Below, one piece after another: positions 44,706-54,544 of a stretch of DNA of 61,084 nt. The stretch is from IMG/VR virus record IMGVR_UViG_3300037313_001227, positions 1 to 61,084 of that record, one strand, 5' to 3'. Within the stretch, counting starts at the first letter, position 1, and each line of letters starts with the position of its first letter. A program made the position numbers and the translations under genes. The DNA comes from a virus. Taxonomy: Duplodnaviria; Caudoviricetes. The notes beneath the pieces were generated by a model. That model searched no databases and had not been told where the DNA came from. It saw nothing but the letters and a program-made list of their open reading frames with translations.

Positions 44706-45220
44706 TGCCCAAGATCATCACCCATCTCGTCAGCGCCAAGCCCAAGGCGTTCGTGACCACCAAGGTGCGGCGCAAGCATCGTGACCCAAGCGACACCGAG
44801 CGCACCTACACCACCCACTGCGGCGGCGTCACGCGCTGCTCACGTTGCGCACCTACCCACTGCTGCGAGGATTGCGCGCGCATCAACAACGCGCGCCAGC
44901 AGGTGGGTCTTATCCGTCCGTCGGGCGACCCGCGCCCAAGCCCCGACAACATCATCCACCCGACGGTGGTAGGCAAGTATCGCGGGCCGAGCATCCAGCG
45001 CCGGTATAAGGATCTGCCGCAGCCGGTGGTGACGGCGTTCGTCGAGCCGTTGGGCAAGGGCTGGCGCCGAGGCGTGGCGACATTGAATGGTAAGCGCATC
45101 TATGTCGGCAAGCCCGTGCGCACCGTTGAGGAGGCGTTCGCTTACGCGACCCAGTGCCAGCGCCTGATCAAGATGGGCCTCGAGTTCGAGAGCGAGCTGG
45201 CGGAGCAGGGGCTTTTGTAA
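44705..45220 (+). CDS. Cys-rich protein with a C-terminal AP2-like DNA-binding domain
   Basis: HC...CSRC...CCEDC; GWRRGVATLNGKRIYVG...TVEEAFAY. Confidence 0.55.
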   Translation: MPKIITHLVSAKPKAFVTTKVRRKHRDPSDTERTYTTHCGGVTRCSRCAPTHCCEDCARINNARQQVGLIRPSGDPRPSPDNIIHPTVVGKYRGPSIQRRYKDLPQPVVTAFVEPLGKGWRRGVATLNGKRIYVGKPVRTVEEAFAYATQCQRLIKMGLEFESELAEQGLL

Positions 45221-45246
45221 ATGCCGTTCACAAAGGGGCTGACCCG

Positions 45247-45609
45247 ATGATGCTCGACCCCGATTGTCCGCTCGCGTTCGTGCGGCGGATCTATGTCGAT
45301 ACCTACGGTGACGCCTGCTACGACTTCGCCGAGAACCAGCTGGTTGCTGTGCTCGACGCCTATAGCGAGACAGGCAGCGATGTAGCTGACGTGCCCATCT
45401 GGGATGATTGTCAGTTTGTTGTGATCGGCGCCGACGCACGCGATCAGTTCAAGGACGCCAACTGGAACCCCGAAGCAGGCTCATTCTGGATCGCCGCCGA
45501 GGACGTAACTACTGTGCCGGACGATTTGGACGCGCGCATCCGTGCGATGGTGGCGCTGACCGACCAGTGCCCGCTCAATGCCGAGGACCTGTTTGTAAAC
45601 CATGTTTAA
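45247..45609 (+). CDS. hypothetical acidic protein
   Basis: Follows a palindrome copy; VPDDLDARIRAMVALTD near the C-terminus. Confidence 0.55.
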   Translation: MMLDPDCPLAFVRRIYVDTYGDACYDFAENQLVAVLDAYSETGSDVADVPIWDDCQFVVIGADARDQFKDANWNPEAGSFWIAAEDVTTVPDDLDARIRAMVALTDQCPLNAEDLFVNHV

Positions 45610-45922
45610 CAAACATGCCGAGCTTGCGAGGAGGCTTCACAAAGATGACCGCCCGCCGTGGGATATCGGCGATATCGTCGAATGGCTGCATGTGCCGGTG
45701 GCCGTGCTGTCGACGCCAGAGTTTCGCCACGCCGGTGGTCGAGTAGAGTCATGGTATTCACGTGCGGCATATCTGCGCTTGCCGCGGCAGCCGTTCGAGT
45801 ATCGGGTCGGCCAGATCATTCCTGATTTTCAGATGGGCGGTAAGTACGCTTGGGTCGCGCCGCTGACTGACGAAGAAGAGGCGCTGGTGATGCGTCTGCT
45901 GCTGACGGGAGAAAGTTTGTGA
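45602..45922 (+). CDS. small protein with the shared C-terminal motif
   Basis: WDIGDIVEW; ends PLTDEEEALVMRLLLTGESL. Confidence 0.6.
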   Translation: MFNKHAELARRLHKDDRPPWDIGDIVEWLHVPVAVLSTPEFRHAGGRVESWYSRAAYLRLPRQPFEYRVGQIIPDFQMGGKYAWVAPLTDEEEALVMRLLLTGESL

Positions 45923-46236
45923 CCGACGACGAGGGCATGTTCATGCGGCTGAACACCAACAGTTCGGAGCAGGTGCACGTCATGGCGCTGCACCTTGAGC
46001 ACTATAGCCAGTATGGCGGCATGGCGCTCGACCCCGAACAGGCTCAACAGATTGCCCAGACGTTGCGCCTGATCGCGTCCAAGGCTGACTACACCGCCGA
46101 GGCGTACAACCAGGTACTCGACAAGCTGGAAGATCGCATCCGCGAGGACGAGCGCTACCAGCGCATCGGCCGGCGGGTCAGGCACATCGTCACGTTCGTG
46201 GTGATCGCTGCGATCGTGCTCTCAGTGATTTTGTAA
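45919..46236 (+). CDS. C-terminally anchored membrane protein
   Basis: IVTFVVIAAIVLSVIL C-terminal hydrophobic segment. Confidence 0.6.
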   Translation: MTDDEGMFMRLNTNSSEQVHVMALHLEHYSQYGGMALDPEQAQQIAQTLRLIASKADYTAEAYNQVLDKLEDRIREDERYQRIGRRVRHIVTFVVIAAIVLSVIL

Positions 46237-46250
46237 AGGGAGTTCACAAA

Positions 46251-46505
46251 ATGAGGTTACGGATGTTCACTGACTGGCGCACATGGGGCGTCGGCATTTC
46301 ATTCGATCTCGATTTTGGTATCACGCTTGAGTTCGGGCCGTGGACCATCGAGATCGAGTGGCTTAGCCCATATACCAAGTTACCGCCAGAATTGAGAGCC
46401 AAGGTTGATGCGTGGAGCACGCGCGTCAAAGCCGACCCGTCTGCAGCCGGCACACAGGAATTTCTCGATTTCGCTCGGTCATTGAGGCGGCTCACAAATG
46501 GATGA
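46251..46505 (+). CDS. hypothetical protein
   Basis: RBS inside a palindrome copy. Confidence 0.6.
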   Translation: MRLRMFTDWRTWGVGISFDLDFGITLEFGPWTIEIEWLSPYTKLPPELRAKVDAWSTRVKADPSAAGTQEFLDFARSLRRLTNG

Positions 46506-46677
46506 TCGGCTAGCAAGGCTCATCGAGCGAGAGCCAGAGATCGCTTACTGGTATCATCTGGTCCAGTTCGACAATTATGTCGTGCGGTTCGAGACCTTCC
46601 GCCAGTTCGCAGAGAAACACCAGCATAATTTTGTAAAAGCCTGTGACGCGGAGATACTCAATGTCAGCAACAACTAA
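46498..46677 (+). CDS. hypothetical protein (59 aa)
   Basis: GAGG RBS; fills the gap between flanking ORFs; translated by hand. Confidence 0.45.
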   Translation: MDDRLARLIEREPEIAYWYHLVQFDNYVVRFETFRQFAEKHQHNFVKACDAEILNVSNN

Positions 46678-46873
46678 GCACCGTTACCCACCACTCGAGG
46701 GCATGCGCGAGAAGCGCCTGTTCCGCGATCTCACGCAGACCGACATGGGCAAGCTGATCAAGACCACCCAATCGCACTACCGCCAGATCGAGGAGGGCAT
46801 CATCCGGCTCGATGTGCATCGGGCCAAGATCATCGCCAACTTCCTCGAGTGCACCATCGACGAGCTGCTGTGA
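46661..46873 (+). CDS. XRE/Cro-like HTH regulator
   Basis: MREKR...LTQTDMGKLI..TQSHYRQIEEG...IANFLECTIDELL. Confidence 0.85.
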   Translation: MSATTKHRYPPLEGMREKRLFRDLTQTDMGKLIKTTQSHYRQIEEGIIRLDVHRAKIIANFLECTIDELL

Positions 46874-46875
46874 GG

Positions 46876-47151
46876 ATGAAGCGCTTGGCCGGCAGGAAAT
46901 GGCGGCTGCTGACGGTGTGGAACAATTCACCGACGTACGCTGTGCTCAACTTTCGGTGCGTCGATCAGGCAGAGCATATAATGGTTCAGTTTTACACTGA
47001 CACTAGTCGCGTCGAGTTGGTACGCATGGGTCAGGTCATAAGCCTGAAGCCAGAACGTCGCCGACGAATAGGTGACATTGCCCATCGAGCGATCGCGTAT
47101 CGTCAGCTGACGGATACGTGCGAAGGCTTCCCAGAGGTCGAGCTGCTGTGA
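46876..47151 (+). CDS. hypothetical protein
   Basis: ORF in the coupled chain. Confidence 0.5.
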   Translation: MKRLAGRKWRLLTVWNNSPTYAVLNFRCVDQAEHIMVQFYTDTSRVELVRMGQVISLKPERRRRIGDIAHRAIAYRQLTDTCEGFPEVELL

Positions 47152-47416
47152 ACCTGCCGATTGGCGCGATCGTGCGCATCGAAGGCGACACGGGCCTGGC
47201 CGTGGTCGTGCCCCAACACGTGGGCGCGCAACTATCAGGAGAAATGGAAGCTCGACCCGTTCTTGCGCCTGCTCGGCGGCAATGACCGGCGGCTGGTGGC
47301 TGAATGGGATGTACGACTGCGAAATTGTCCCTGACGACCAAGTGCCCGACCATATCCAAGCGCTGGCGATGCGCTGCCTGCTCGACCCGACGTTCATTCC
47401 GGAGATGGACGAGTGA
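47148..47416 (+). pseudogene. doubly frameshifted member of the SH3-like/C-terminal-motif family
   Basis: LPIGAIVRI start, then a +1 frame, then a second +1 frame ending VPDDQVPDHIQALAMRCLL. Confidence 0.55.
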
Positions 47417-47655
47417 AGATAATCAGCTACCGGTTCCACCATAACCGATGCGAAGCCATTGTCATTCGCAAGACCAAGGAAGGTGTGCAGATACGTGCTG
47501 CTCGCCACCCTAACGGAAGGTGGCACGACTACGGCCTAAAGGGCGCGCGTCTACGGCTATACGACGGCGATATCTCCGACTTGATAGAGCACCCCGACCC
47601 CGATGCGGCGTGGGCGGACTACTGTGCCGCGGTGCTGCGTGGAGACGTGTCGTGA
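47413..47655 (+). CDS. small protein with the shared C-terminal motif
   Basis: Ends HPDPDAAWADYCAAVLRGDVS. Confidence 0.6.
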   Translation: MKIISYRFHHNRCEAIVIRKTKEGVQIRAARHPNGRWHDYGLKGARLRLYDGDISDLIEHPDPDAAWADYCAAVLRGDVS

Positions 47656-47876
47656 GCAAGCTGATGGTGCGCCAGTGCCCGTGCAGCACCCCGCCGCACC
47701 GGGCGATCCAGACCGAGGAGGGTGCGTGGTGCGAGATCATCGACAGCGACGGTATCGTGCAGGCGTGGAATTTTATCGAGAGTGAGTCAATCGTCGAAGG
47801 CTTTTCGCACCCGTGCCCCGATCCCGAGCGCGCGCTGGCCGATATGACCGCGTGGCGGCTGACCCACAATTTGTAA
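47652..47876 (+). CDS. small protein with the shared C-terminal motif
   Basis: Ends PCPDPERALADMTAWRLTHNL. Confidence 0.6.
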   Translation: MSKLMVRQCPCSTPPHRAIQTEEGAWCEIIDSDGIVQAWNFIESESIVEGFSHPCPDPERALADMTAWRLTHNL

Positions 47877-47903
47877 ACAGCATTAACAAAGACGGAGAGA
47901 GTG

Positions 47904-48881
47904 ATGGCTTATTATGACGCGGCCAACTGGCCGGGTGTGCACACTGGCATGCTGAACTGGTGCATCCAGAACGAAATGCCGGTCGAAATCAACAGCTACG
48001 ACGACGCGCTCAGCTGGTGGAAGCGTCGCGGCGACGGCTCGGAATATCAGGGCACCAACGATCGCCCGGTGGGCAAGCGAGACTTCCGCAATCGCCGGAT
48101 GCGCCAGCGCCCCGATGGCTCGATCGAGTTCGAGTATAACCAACACGTGATGTGCGTCTGGCACCCCGACAAGACGATCACCGTGTCGCCGGTCAAGGGT
48201 TACACTAGCGGCATATTCGAGACGTGCATCATGCCCAAGGCACTTGAGGCACGTGACGGCCCCCGCACCGGCAAGTGCGTGCTGATCCACCCGTCGAACG
48301 AGCGCCATTACCGACTCGATATGGAAACCGACACCGGCAAGCACAACATCGCCAACCCCGAGATCATGGTCGTGCGCGCCGATCCGTCAGTGAACCTGCG
48401 ACTGAACGCCGACAACCGTTGGGAGCCGACCAACGAGATGCGCTGCAAGCCGTTCGAGTGGCTCGAGCTCAACAAGAGCGAGCTGCGCGAGGCGTCGAAG
48501 AAATACAACATTCCCGAGTTCATCCGCGCGATCGAGACGGCGCTGCAGATGGGCGCCGAGATCAAGACGTCGAGCGCCTACAGCGCGACGCAGGTGCGCA
48601 GCGCCACCGTGTCCAGCGGCGAGGACGTTCTGGAGCTGCTCGAACAGGGGCGGTTCGTCGAGGCGGCGTCGCTCGTGCGCCCGCGGGAGACGCGCTATTA
48701 CGACCACACCAATAAAAAGTGGGTCGTCGAGAGCCAGGGGCTCAACAGCACCGATATCAAGAAAATCCGCCACCGCGCCTACGAGGAGATGGGGCTGCTC
48801 TATCTCGAAAGCGCGCGGGTCGTGACCCTGCCCCAGTGGAACAACATCGAGCGCAAGCTGCTCGACTTCGGGGCGCCTTGA
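47904..48881 (+). CDS. hypothetical protein (about 325 aa)
   Basis: GGAGAG RBS after a palindrome copy; typical codon usage. Confidence 0.7.
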   Translation: MAYYDAANWPGVHTGMLNWCIQNEMPVEINSYDDALSWWKRRGDGSEYQGTNDRPVGKRDFRNRRMRQRPDGSIEFEYNQHVMCVWHPDKTITVSPVKGYTSGIFETCIMPKALEARDGPRTGKCVLIHPSNERHYRLDMETDTGKHNIANPEIMVVRADPSVNLRLNADNRWEPTNEMRCKPFEWLELNKSELREASKKYNIPEFIRAIETALQMGAEIKTSSAYSATQVRSATVSSGEDVLELLEQGRFVEAASLVRPRETRYYDHTNKKWVVESQGLNSTDIKKIRHRAYEEMGLLYLESARVVTLPQWNNIERKLLDFGAP

Positions 48882-48924
48882 GGACTTCACTCTGCTCAGT
48901 GATTTTGTAAATGAGGTTCACAAA

Positions 48925-49686
48925 ATGAAAGACGTGAATATCCCCCTCGAAGCGAGGGACTGGGATTTCTATCAGGCGTTCCACACCTTCTGCGGGTTCG
49001 CAGCGGACGGTTTCCGACGCAAGGGTAGCTGGGGTGTCAACCCGACACCGCTGGTCCTGTTCGACACCGGCGAGCTGATCTGCACCGATGCTGCGCCCGA
49101 CCCAAGCAAGCGTGGCGAATATCGCTCGGTAGGTATCTCGCTGACGACGACCAAGGACGAACGGTTGTGGCTGCCCGATGGGTCACCGGTCACGCGGGCA
49201 TGGCTTGACGATGCCGGCATGCAGTATCTACTGGTCGATCGCGAAACCAAGCGCGCGGTGCGGCTCGACGGCACATGGCGTAGGGCACCGGGCAAAAACT
49301 ATTACGGTAAGGAAGAAGCTGGGTCACCTGTCACTACGGGCATCCCGTTGCGCTTTCAGTACAACTGCCGCGCCTATATTCCCGGCCCGGGCCTGCCGCC
49401 GGTCAGCCATGAGAAACTCAAGGTCAGCATCCCCATCCAGAAGGCCGGCTACACGAGTGACGAGCTCGAGCACATCCACATGATCGTGGCGACGGGTCAG
49501 GCGGCGATGAAGCTGACCGACCACGAAGCGGTGCACCGTAACGCATCTGTTGGCGCCAACCCTGACGTGCTGCTCAGGTGCACGACGTGGCAGGACTGCC
49601 CCGAGGCACTGCTCCCCGCCCTTGCCCAATATGGTGCCGGTCGTGTCGTGCGCGAGTACGATTATCTGCTGACGGAGCAGGGGTGA
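48925..49686 (+). CDS. hypothetical protein (253 aa)
   Basis: GAGG RBS inside a palindrome copy. Confidence 0.7.
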   Translation: MKDVNIPLEARDWDFYQAFHTFCGFAADGFRRKGSWGVNPTPLVLFDTGELICTDAAPDPSKRGEYRSVGISLTTTKDERLWLPDGSPVTRAWLDDAGMQYLLVDRETKRAVRLDGTWRRAPGKNYYGKEEAGSPVTTGIPLRFQYNCRAYIPGPGLPPVSHEKLKVSIPIQKAGYTSDELEHIHMIVATGQAAMKLTDHEAVHRNASVGANPDVLLRCTTWQDCPEALLPALAQYGAGRVVREYDYLLTEQG

Positions 49687-49916
49687 TGCGTCAGGGTCAG
49701 GTGGGCAAGGTCGGCACGGCGTGGTTTCTGGCGACACAGGATGATCGCGGTATATGGCTATGCGGCAACGCTAGCTGCTTCAAGCGCACCCCGAAGGAGA
49801 CGATGCCGGAAAGCGTAGCGGCTTTATGGATACTGAGCGGTATCACACCAATACCGCCCGAGGAGTGGCCGTCGCGCGTGTGCGCAGCTGTCGCGAAGGA
49901 GATGCTGAGCCAATGA
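49686..49916 (+). CDS. small protein with the shared C-terminal motif
   Basis: Ends IPPEEWPSRVCAAVAKEMLSQ. Confidence 0.65.
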   Translation: MRQGQVGKVGTAWFLATQDDRGIWLCGNASCFKRTPKETMPESVAALWILSGITPIPPEEWPSRVCAAVAKEMLSQ

Positions 49917-50182
49917 ACTTTTCGGGAGCCGGCGTTGGCAGCTTCGTGCGCATTACCCGACTATATGTGAAGGGCTACGGCTATGTCGACGAAGTGATAT
50001 GGGCGCTCGTGACGGGTGCCTATGATCACTCTTGCTACATAGAGGTGTTCAAAGGTCCGTGCATAGCGTGGGGCGAGGACGAGCTGGATGAGGGGGACGT
50101 GGCACGCTTCATGAAGCCCAGTACCGCCGCGCTTGTAGCCTATACTCGATGGCAGCTAACTGGAGATAAGACACAGCCATGA
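49913..50182 (+). CDS. SH3-like small protein with the shared C-terminal motif
   Basis: GVGSFVRI...IWALVT; ends PSTAALVAYTRWQLTGD. Confidence 0.6.
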   Translation: MNFSGAGVGSFVRITRLYVKGYGYVDEVIWALVTGAYDHSCYIEVFKGPCIAWGEDELDEGDVARFMKPSTAALVAYTRWQLTGDKTQP

Positions 50183-50511
50183 TCGAGATCACTGGCGCGC
50201 AGCCGCCCGAGCATCGGCTTGAGGTGGGCGACGTGATCATGGTCCATCGGGAGCTTAAGGATAAGCAGACGGGCAAGCCGTTCACGTGGAAATATTTCGC
50301 GCTGATCACCGACAAGAAGAGCCGCAGCAACTTCGTGTTCCAGCACATCATTCTCGATGAGCGCGAGCGCGAGCCCACCTGGCTCTACGCGCACGACTAC
50401 GCAGGGACGAGCTTTCACATGTGGTATCTCGACCCCGACGAATGGCCTGACGGGGTCCACGCGTTTCGCACCAAACTCATTCTGGAAGGAAAGGTTGAAG
50501 GCATGGTCTGA
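50179..50511 (+). CDS. SH3-like small protein with the shared C-terminal motif
   Basis: LEVGDVIMV; ends DPDEWPDGVHAFRTKLILEG. Confidence 0.65.
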   Translation: MIEITGAQPPEHRLEVGDVIMVHRELKDKQTGKPFTWKYFALITDKKSRSNFVFQHIILDEREREPTWLYAHDYAGTSFHMWYLDPDEWPDGVHAFRTKLILEGKVEGMV

Positions 50512-50576
50512 GTGATTTACCGTCTTTTGTAAAAGCGTATTCACAAAACCCTTTAGTGACTGAAGGAGAGAGTAAA

Positions 50577-51614
50577 ATGACGATGCAGGTAATCTCGATC
50601 CCCGACTTCAAGGACGTCATCACCCACCTCGGCGTCAATCATCACCAGCCGATCATGGCGTGGGGCAAGCCGGGCGTCGGCAAGTCCGACGCGGTGCGTC
50701 AGGCGGCCAAGGACCACGGTGCTGCGCTGGTCGATATCCGGCTCAGCCAGTACGACTCGGTCGATCTGCGCGGCATCCCGGTGCCTCACGCCGGCATGAC
50801 CGTGTGGCATGCGCCGATCACGCTGCCGTTCGTCGGCAACGCCGACTTCGAAGCGCTCGACAGCAGCAAGCCGATCTTCCTGTTCCTCGACGAGATCAAC
50901 TCGGCGGCGCCATCGGTTGCGGCGGTGGCCTACCAGCTGATCAACGATCGTGCGGTCGGTGAGCATCGGCTGCTCGACAATGTCGTGGTGATCGCGGCCG
51001 GCAACCGTGAGCAGGATCGCGGCGTGACCAACCGCATGCCGACGCCGCTGGCCAACCGCTTCACCCACTTCGAGATCGACGTCGACGTCGACGCGTGGTG
51101 CTTCTGGGCACAGCAGGCTGGGCTGCCGGCGGAGGGTATCGGCTTCATGCAGTTCCGCAAGCCGCTGCTCTCAACCTTCGACCCGTCGAAGCCGGACAAG
51201 GCGTTCGCGACGCCGCGCACGTGGCACAAGGCGCTGACCTACTATGCCGACAAGTCGATGCCGGAGAACATCAAGCAGGCGGCAATGACGGGTGCAGTCG
51301 GCGAGGGTCCGGCGGCCGAGTTCTGGGGCTTCGTCGACGTCTGGGGCAAGATGCCCAAGATGAGCGACATCGAGGCCAACCCGGACAAGGTCAAAGTGCC
51401 CGAGGAAGCTGCGATGCGCTACGCCGTGGCGGTCGCGATCTCGAGCGAGATGACGCCGAAGAACACCGGTCCGTTCAACACCTTCCTGACGCGGATGGAC
51501 CCCGAGTTCGGCGTGCTCGCATGGCAGCTGGCGCTCAAGCGCGACGCGACCGTGTGCGGCACCAAGGAGTTCATCGACTTCAGCAAAAAGTACCGCAGTA
51601 TATTTGCACGATGA
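50577..51614 (+). CDS. MoxR-like AAA+ ATPase
   Basis: GKPGVGKS Walker A, LFLDE Walker B, AAGN sensor, PLANRF arginine finger, TPRTW. Confidence 0.88.
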   Translation: MTMQVISIPDFKDVITHLGVNHHQPIMAWGKPGVGKSDAVRQAAKDHGAALVDIRLSQYDSVDLRGIPVPHAGMTVWHAPITLPFVGNADFEALDSSKPIFLFLDEINSAAPSVAAVAYQLINDRAVGEHRLLDNVVVIAAGNREQDRGVTNRMPTPLANRFTHFEIDVDVDAWCFWAQQAGLPAEGIGFMQFRKPLLSTFDPSKPDKAFATPRTWHKALTYYADKSMPENIKQAAMTGAVGEGPAAEFWGFVDVWGKMPKMSDIEANPDKVKVPEEAAMRYAVAVAISSEMTPKNTGPFNTFLTRMDPEFGVLAWQLALKRDATVCGTKEFIDFSKKYRSIFAR

Positions 51615-51640
51615 GCACTATCTGTTATAGATGAAAATCT

Positions 51641-52264
51641 ATGACGTGCAACCTGACTGGCCAACGCTTCAACGCACTTACAGCTGTCGAGAGCGTTCGC
51701 GATCACCGCGGACGAGTAGCTTGGCGCTGTAAGTGCGACTGCGGTGGAGAGAAAATTGTGCTCACCGGTACGTTGCGTTTCAAGCCACCGCCGAACTGCG
51801 GCTGCGTGCACGGCGGAACACGTCACGGCCACACAGCACAAAACAGCAAGACGTGGCGCGCGTGGAACTCGATGCGGCAACGCTGCGAGAACACCCGGCA
51901 TAGACAATATAAGGATTACGGCGGTCGGGGTATCAAAGTCTGTGACCGCTGGCAAGTTTTCGAGCATTTCCTGATCGACATGGGTGAGGCTCCTGCGGAT
52001 CTTACTTTGGAGCGGCTTGATAACAACGGAGATTACGAACCAGCAAATTGCGCTTGGCGATCACGCAAAGCACAAAGTCGCAATCGAAGAGACAATCGCC
52101 AGATTACGTACAAAGGACAGACTAAGTGTTTATCGGAGTGGGCTGAGCAATACAGTCTATCCAAGAGCACGCTTAAATACCGCATCGATAAAGGGTGGAC
52201 TTTAGGTGAGGCGCTTACATTACCAGCTACCAAGACAAACAGTGTACTGCGTCGAGTTTTGTAA
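51641..52264 (+). mobile_element. free-standing HNH homing endonuclease
   Basis: WRCKCDCG, W.SMRQRC, YGGRGIKVC, TLERLDNNGDYEPANC.W; lower GC than neighbours. Confidence 0.85.
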
Positions 52265-52305
52265 ATATCGTTTACAAGGTTAGTGACTGAAGAGAGGAAC
52301 ACCTG

Positions 52306-53439
52306 ATGGATAGAATGCAGAAGGCCCGTGCGAAGATGCTGATCAAGCATCCGTTCTTCGCAACGCTGCTAGTGTCGACACCGTGGGAAATGGTGCCGGC
52401 CGATCATCCGACGATCACCACCGCGGCGACCGACATGGAGAAGCTCTACTTCAACGAGGGCTTCATGGAGAAGCTGACCGATGACGAGATTCTGTTCGTT
52501 CTCGCGCACGAGGTCATGCACATGGCGCTCGAGCATGGTCTCCGGAAGCAGGCACGCAACCACATGCTGTGGAACATCGCCTGCGACTACGCGCTCAATC
52601 TGGTGCTCAAGGACAGCGGCTTCGAAATCTGGAAGGAGGCGCTGTGCGACGACGTCTACAAGGGCATGTCGGCCGACCAGGTCTACGACAAGCTGCAGCA
52701 GCAGTGCCAGAAGAAGGGCGGTGGTCAGGGACAAGGCAAGCCCGGCTTCGGTGATCCCGGCGGCCAGCACCACTCCCCGATGCTCGGCGATATCAAGGAG
52801 CCCGAGGGCGCCGGCGACCCCGCGCACGAAGCCAAGGTCAAGCGCGGCATCCAGCAGAAGGTCGCCGCCGCGGCCAACGTCGCCCGCATGGCAGGCAAGT
52901 TCGGCGGCGAGCTCGAGCGGCTGGTCGGCGAGATCCTCGATCCCAAAGTGCCGTGGTCGCATATCCTGCGCGACTTCATGACCCGGGTGACCAAGGACGA
53001 CGAGCAGTGGTCGCGCCGCAACCGCCGCTTCCAGAACGTCTACCTGCCGGCACGGCACAGCGAGAAGATGGGCGAGATCGTGCTCATCGGCGACACGTCC
53101 GGCTCGATCGGCAACGACGAGCTGTGTAAGTATATGGCCGAGGCCGGGGCGATCGCCGAGGACGTGCACCCAGAGCGCATCCGTATCCTCTGGGCCGACA
53201 CGCGCGTCGCCGGCGAGCAGGTGTTCGAGGAGGGCATGCCGATCGACCCCAAGCCCAAGGGCGGCGGTGGGACGGACATGCGCGTGCCGTTGAAGAAGGC
53301 CGAGGACTATCAGCCGGAGTGCGTCGTGCTGTTCACCGACTGCTACACGCCGTGGCCCGACGTTGAGCCGGACTATCCGCTGATCGTCTGCTCAACGTCG
53401 GGCCAGGAGAGCCCGATCGGCCTGAACATCAGGATTTGA
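52306..53439 (+). CDS. DUF2201-type metallopeptidase plus vWA domain protein
   Basis: TAATD, LAHEVMH (HEXXH), WNIACD; DTSGS, GGGGTD and FTD MIDAS residues. Confidence 0.88.
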   Translation: MDRMQKARAKMLIKHPFFATLLVSTPWEMVPADHPTITTAATDMEKLYFNEGFMEKLTDDEILFVLAHEVMHMALEHGLRKQARNHMLWNIACDYALNLVLKDSGFEIWKEALCDDVYKGMSADQVYDKLQQQCQKKGGGQGQGKPGFGDPGGQHHSPMLGDIKEPEGAGDPAHEAKVKRGIQQKVAAAANVARMAGKFGGELERLVGEILDPKVPWSHILRDFMTRVTKDDEQWSRRNRRFQNVYLPARHSEKMGEIVLIGDTSGSIGNDELCKYMAEAGAIAEDVHPERIRILWADTRVAGEQVFEEGMPIDPKPKGGGGTDMRVPLKKAEDYQPECVVLFTDCYTPWPDVEPDYPLIVCSTSGQESPIGLNIRI

Positions 53440-53738
53440 TCGTGAGCAAAATGCTCAAGGCGGGCGACTTGATCATCGCCCGCCGCGGGAAGTCTGACGA
53501 GTCGTGGTGGGTCATGGAACGCGACGAGACCAAGGGCGATATAAACTCATTCGAGAAGAACTCGCACTATGTCTACAGCGTCACCGGGCACCCGCCCAGT
53601 GGGTTCGAGAAGAACCCCCGCACATCGTGGGCGAGCAAGGTAGTCGTAGATCAGGATGCGCGCGTCGTGCGTGTCGCCGACATCACTGACGAGATGTACG
53701 CGAAGATCGCGAAATACCAGCTGATAGGTGAGCCATGA
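53436..53738 (+). CDS. SH3-like small protein with the shared C-terminal motif
   Basis: LKAGDLII; ends ITDEMYAKIAKYQLIGEP. Confidence 0.65.
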   Translation: MIVSKMLKAGDLIIARRGKSDESWWVMERDETKGDINSFEKNSHYVYSVTGHPPSGFEKNPRTSWASKVVVDQDARVVRVADITDEMYAKIAKYQLIGEP

Positions 53739-54016
53739 GAGCGCAAGTTGGCGACGTTGTTCGCTGGACCCGAGCGTGGGGGCGTGACCTGCCCGAGCCC
53801 ATGTGGACATTGATCGCAAAATACGAGGGAGATTTTTTAGATGTCGCGCTGAACGACAGTGGGTCGGTTCGTGCTGGCGAAGAGGATATGGTCGAAGCTG
53901 TGACGGACTTCCCCTTGTTTAATGACTCCGCCGAGGCTGAAATCGTCAACCCGAGCGACTGGCCAGACTGGGTGTTCACTGCTGTCGCCAAGTATCGGCT
54001 ATTGGGTGAGTTATGA
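53735..54016 (+). CDS. SH3-like small protein with the shared C-terminal motif
   Basis: QVGDVVRW...PMW; ends PSDWPDWVFTAVAKYRLLGEL. Confidence 0.7.
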   Translation: MRAQVGDVVRWTRAWGRDLPEPMWTLIAKYEGDFLDVALNDSGSVRAGEEDMVEAVTDFPLFNDSAEAEIVNPSDWPDWVFTAVAKYRLLGEL

Positions 54017-54330
54017 CACCGACGAAGATCGAAGAAGGTACCGTGCTGCGCGTGACCAAGGCTGTTGAGGGGCTAAATAGCCAGCGCAGATTGTTGCAGT
54101 TGCACGAAGTCGGGTGGGCTGTGTGCACGGAGGTACGCGAGCGCGACCCTGAAGAGGGTGAGCAATACTCTGTCGACTGGCTGCACCCGACTATCGACGA
54201 GCGACCGGCGCTCAGGGAATGCCCATACGTGTGCCACTTCCTCGGTGACCGGTTCACTGTGCCGCCAGAAAAAGACTGGCCAGACGAAGTGTGCGTGGCG
54301 CTCGCCAAGCGAGCATTAATTGGAGGCTGA
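54013..54330 (+). CDS. SH3-like small protein with the shared C-terminal motif
   Basis: EEGTVLRV; ends PPEKDWPDEVCVALAKRALIGG. Confidence 0.7.
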   Translation: MTPTKIEEGTVLRVTKAVEGLNSQRRLLQLHEVGWAVCTEVRERDPEEGEQYSVDWLHPTIDERPALRECPYVCHFLGDRFTVPPEKDWPDEVCVALAKRALIGG

Positions 54331-54334
54331 GTCA

Positions 54335-54544
54335 GTGAAGCCGCAGCTCGGTGACTTTGTTCATCACCGTGTCGATCCGGCGTATCGCGGCTTCATTATT
54401 CAGCGGTTGCCTAGCTCATGTAGAGTGCGGTGCTCGAGCAACGGTCAACGGTTAGGTTGGCACATTGAGAATGCAATTCTTTGTGAGCCGACTGACGAAG
54501 AGCTGGCCGACTTTGTGAAGTGGCGTTTACAAAATGGAGAGTAG
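54335..54544 (+). CDS. SH3-like small protein with the shared C-terminal motif
   Basis: QLGDFVHH; ends EPTDEELADFVKWRLQNGE. Confidence 0.65.
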   Translation: MKPQLGDFVHHRVDPAYRGFIIQRLPSSCRVRCSSNGQRLGWHIENAILCEPTDEELADFVKWRLQNGE

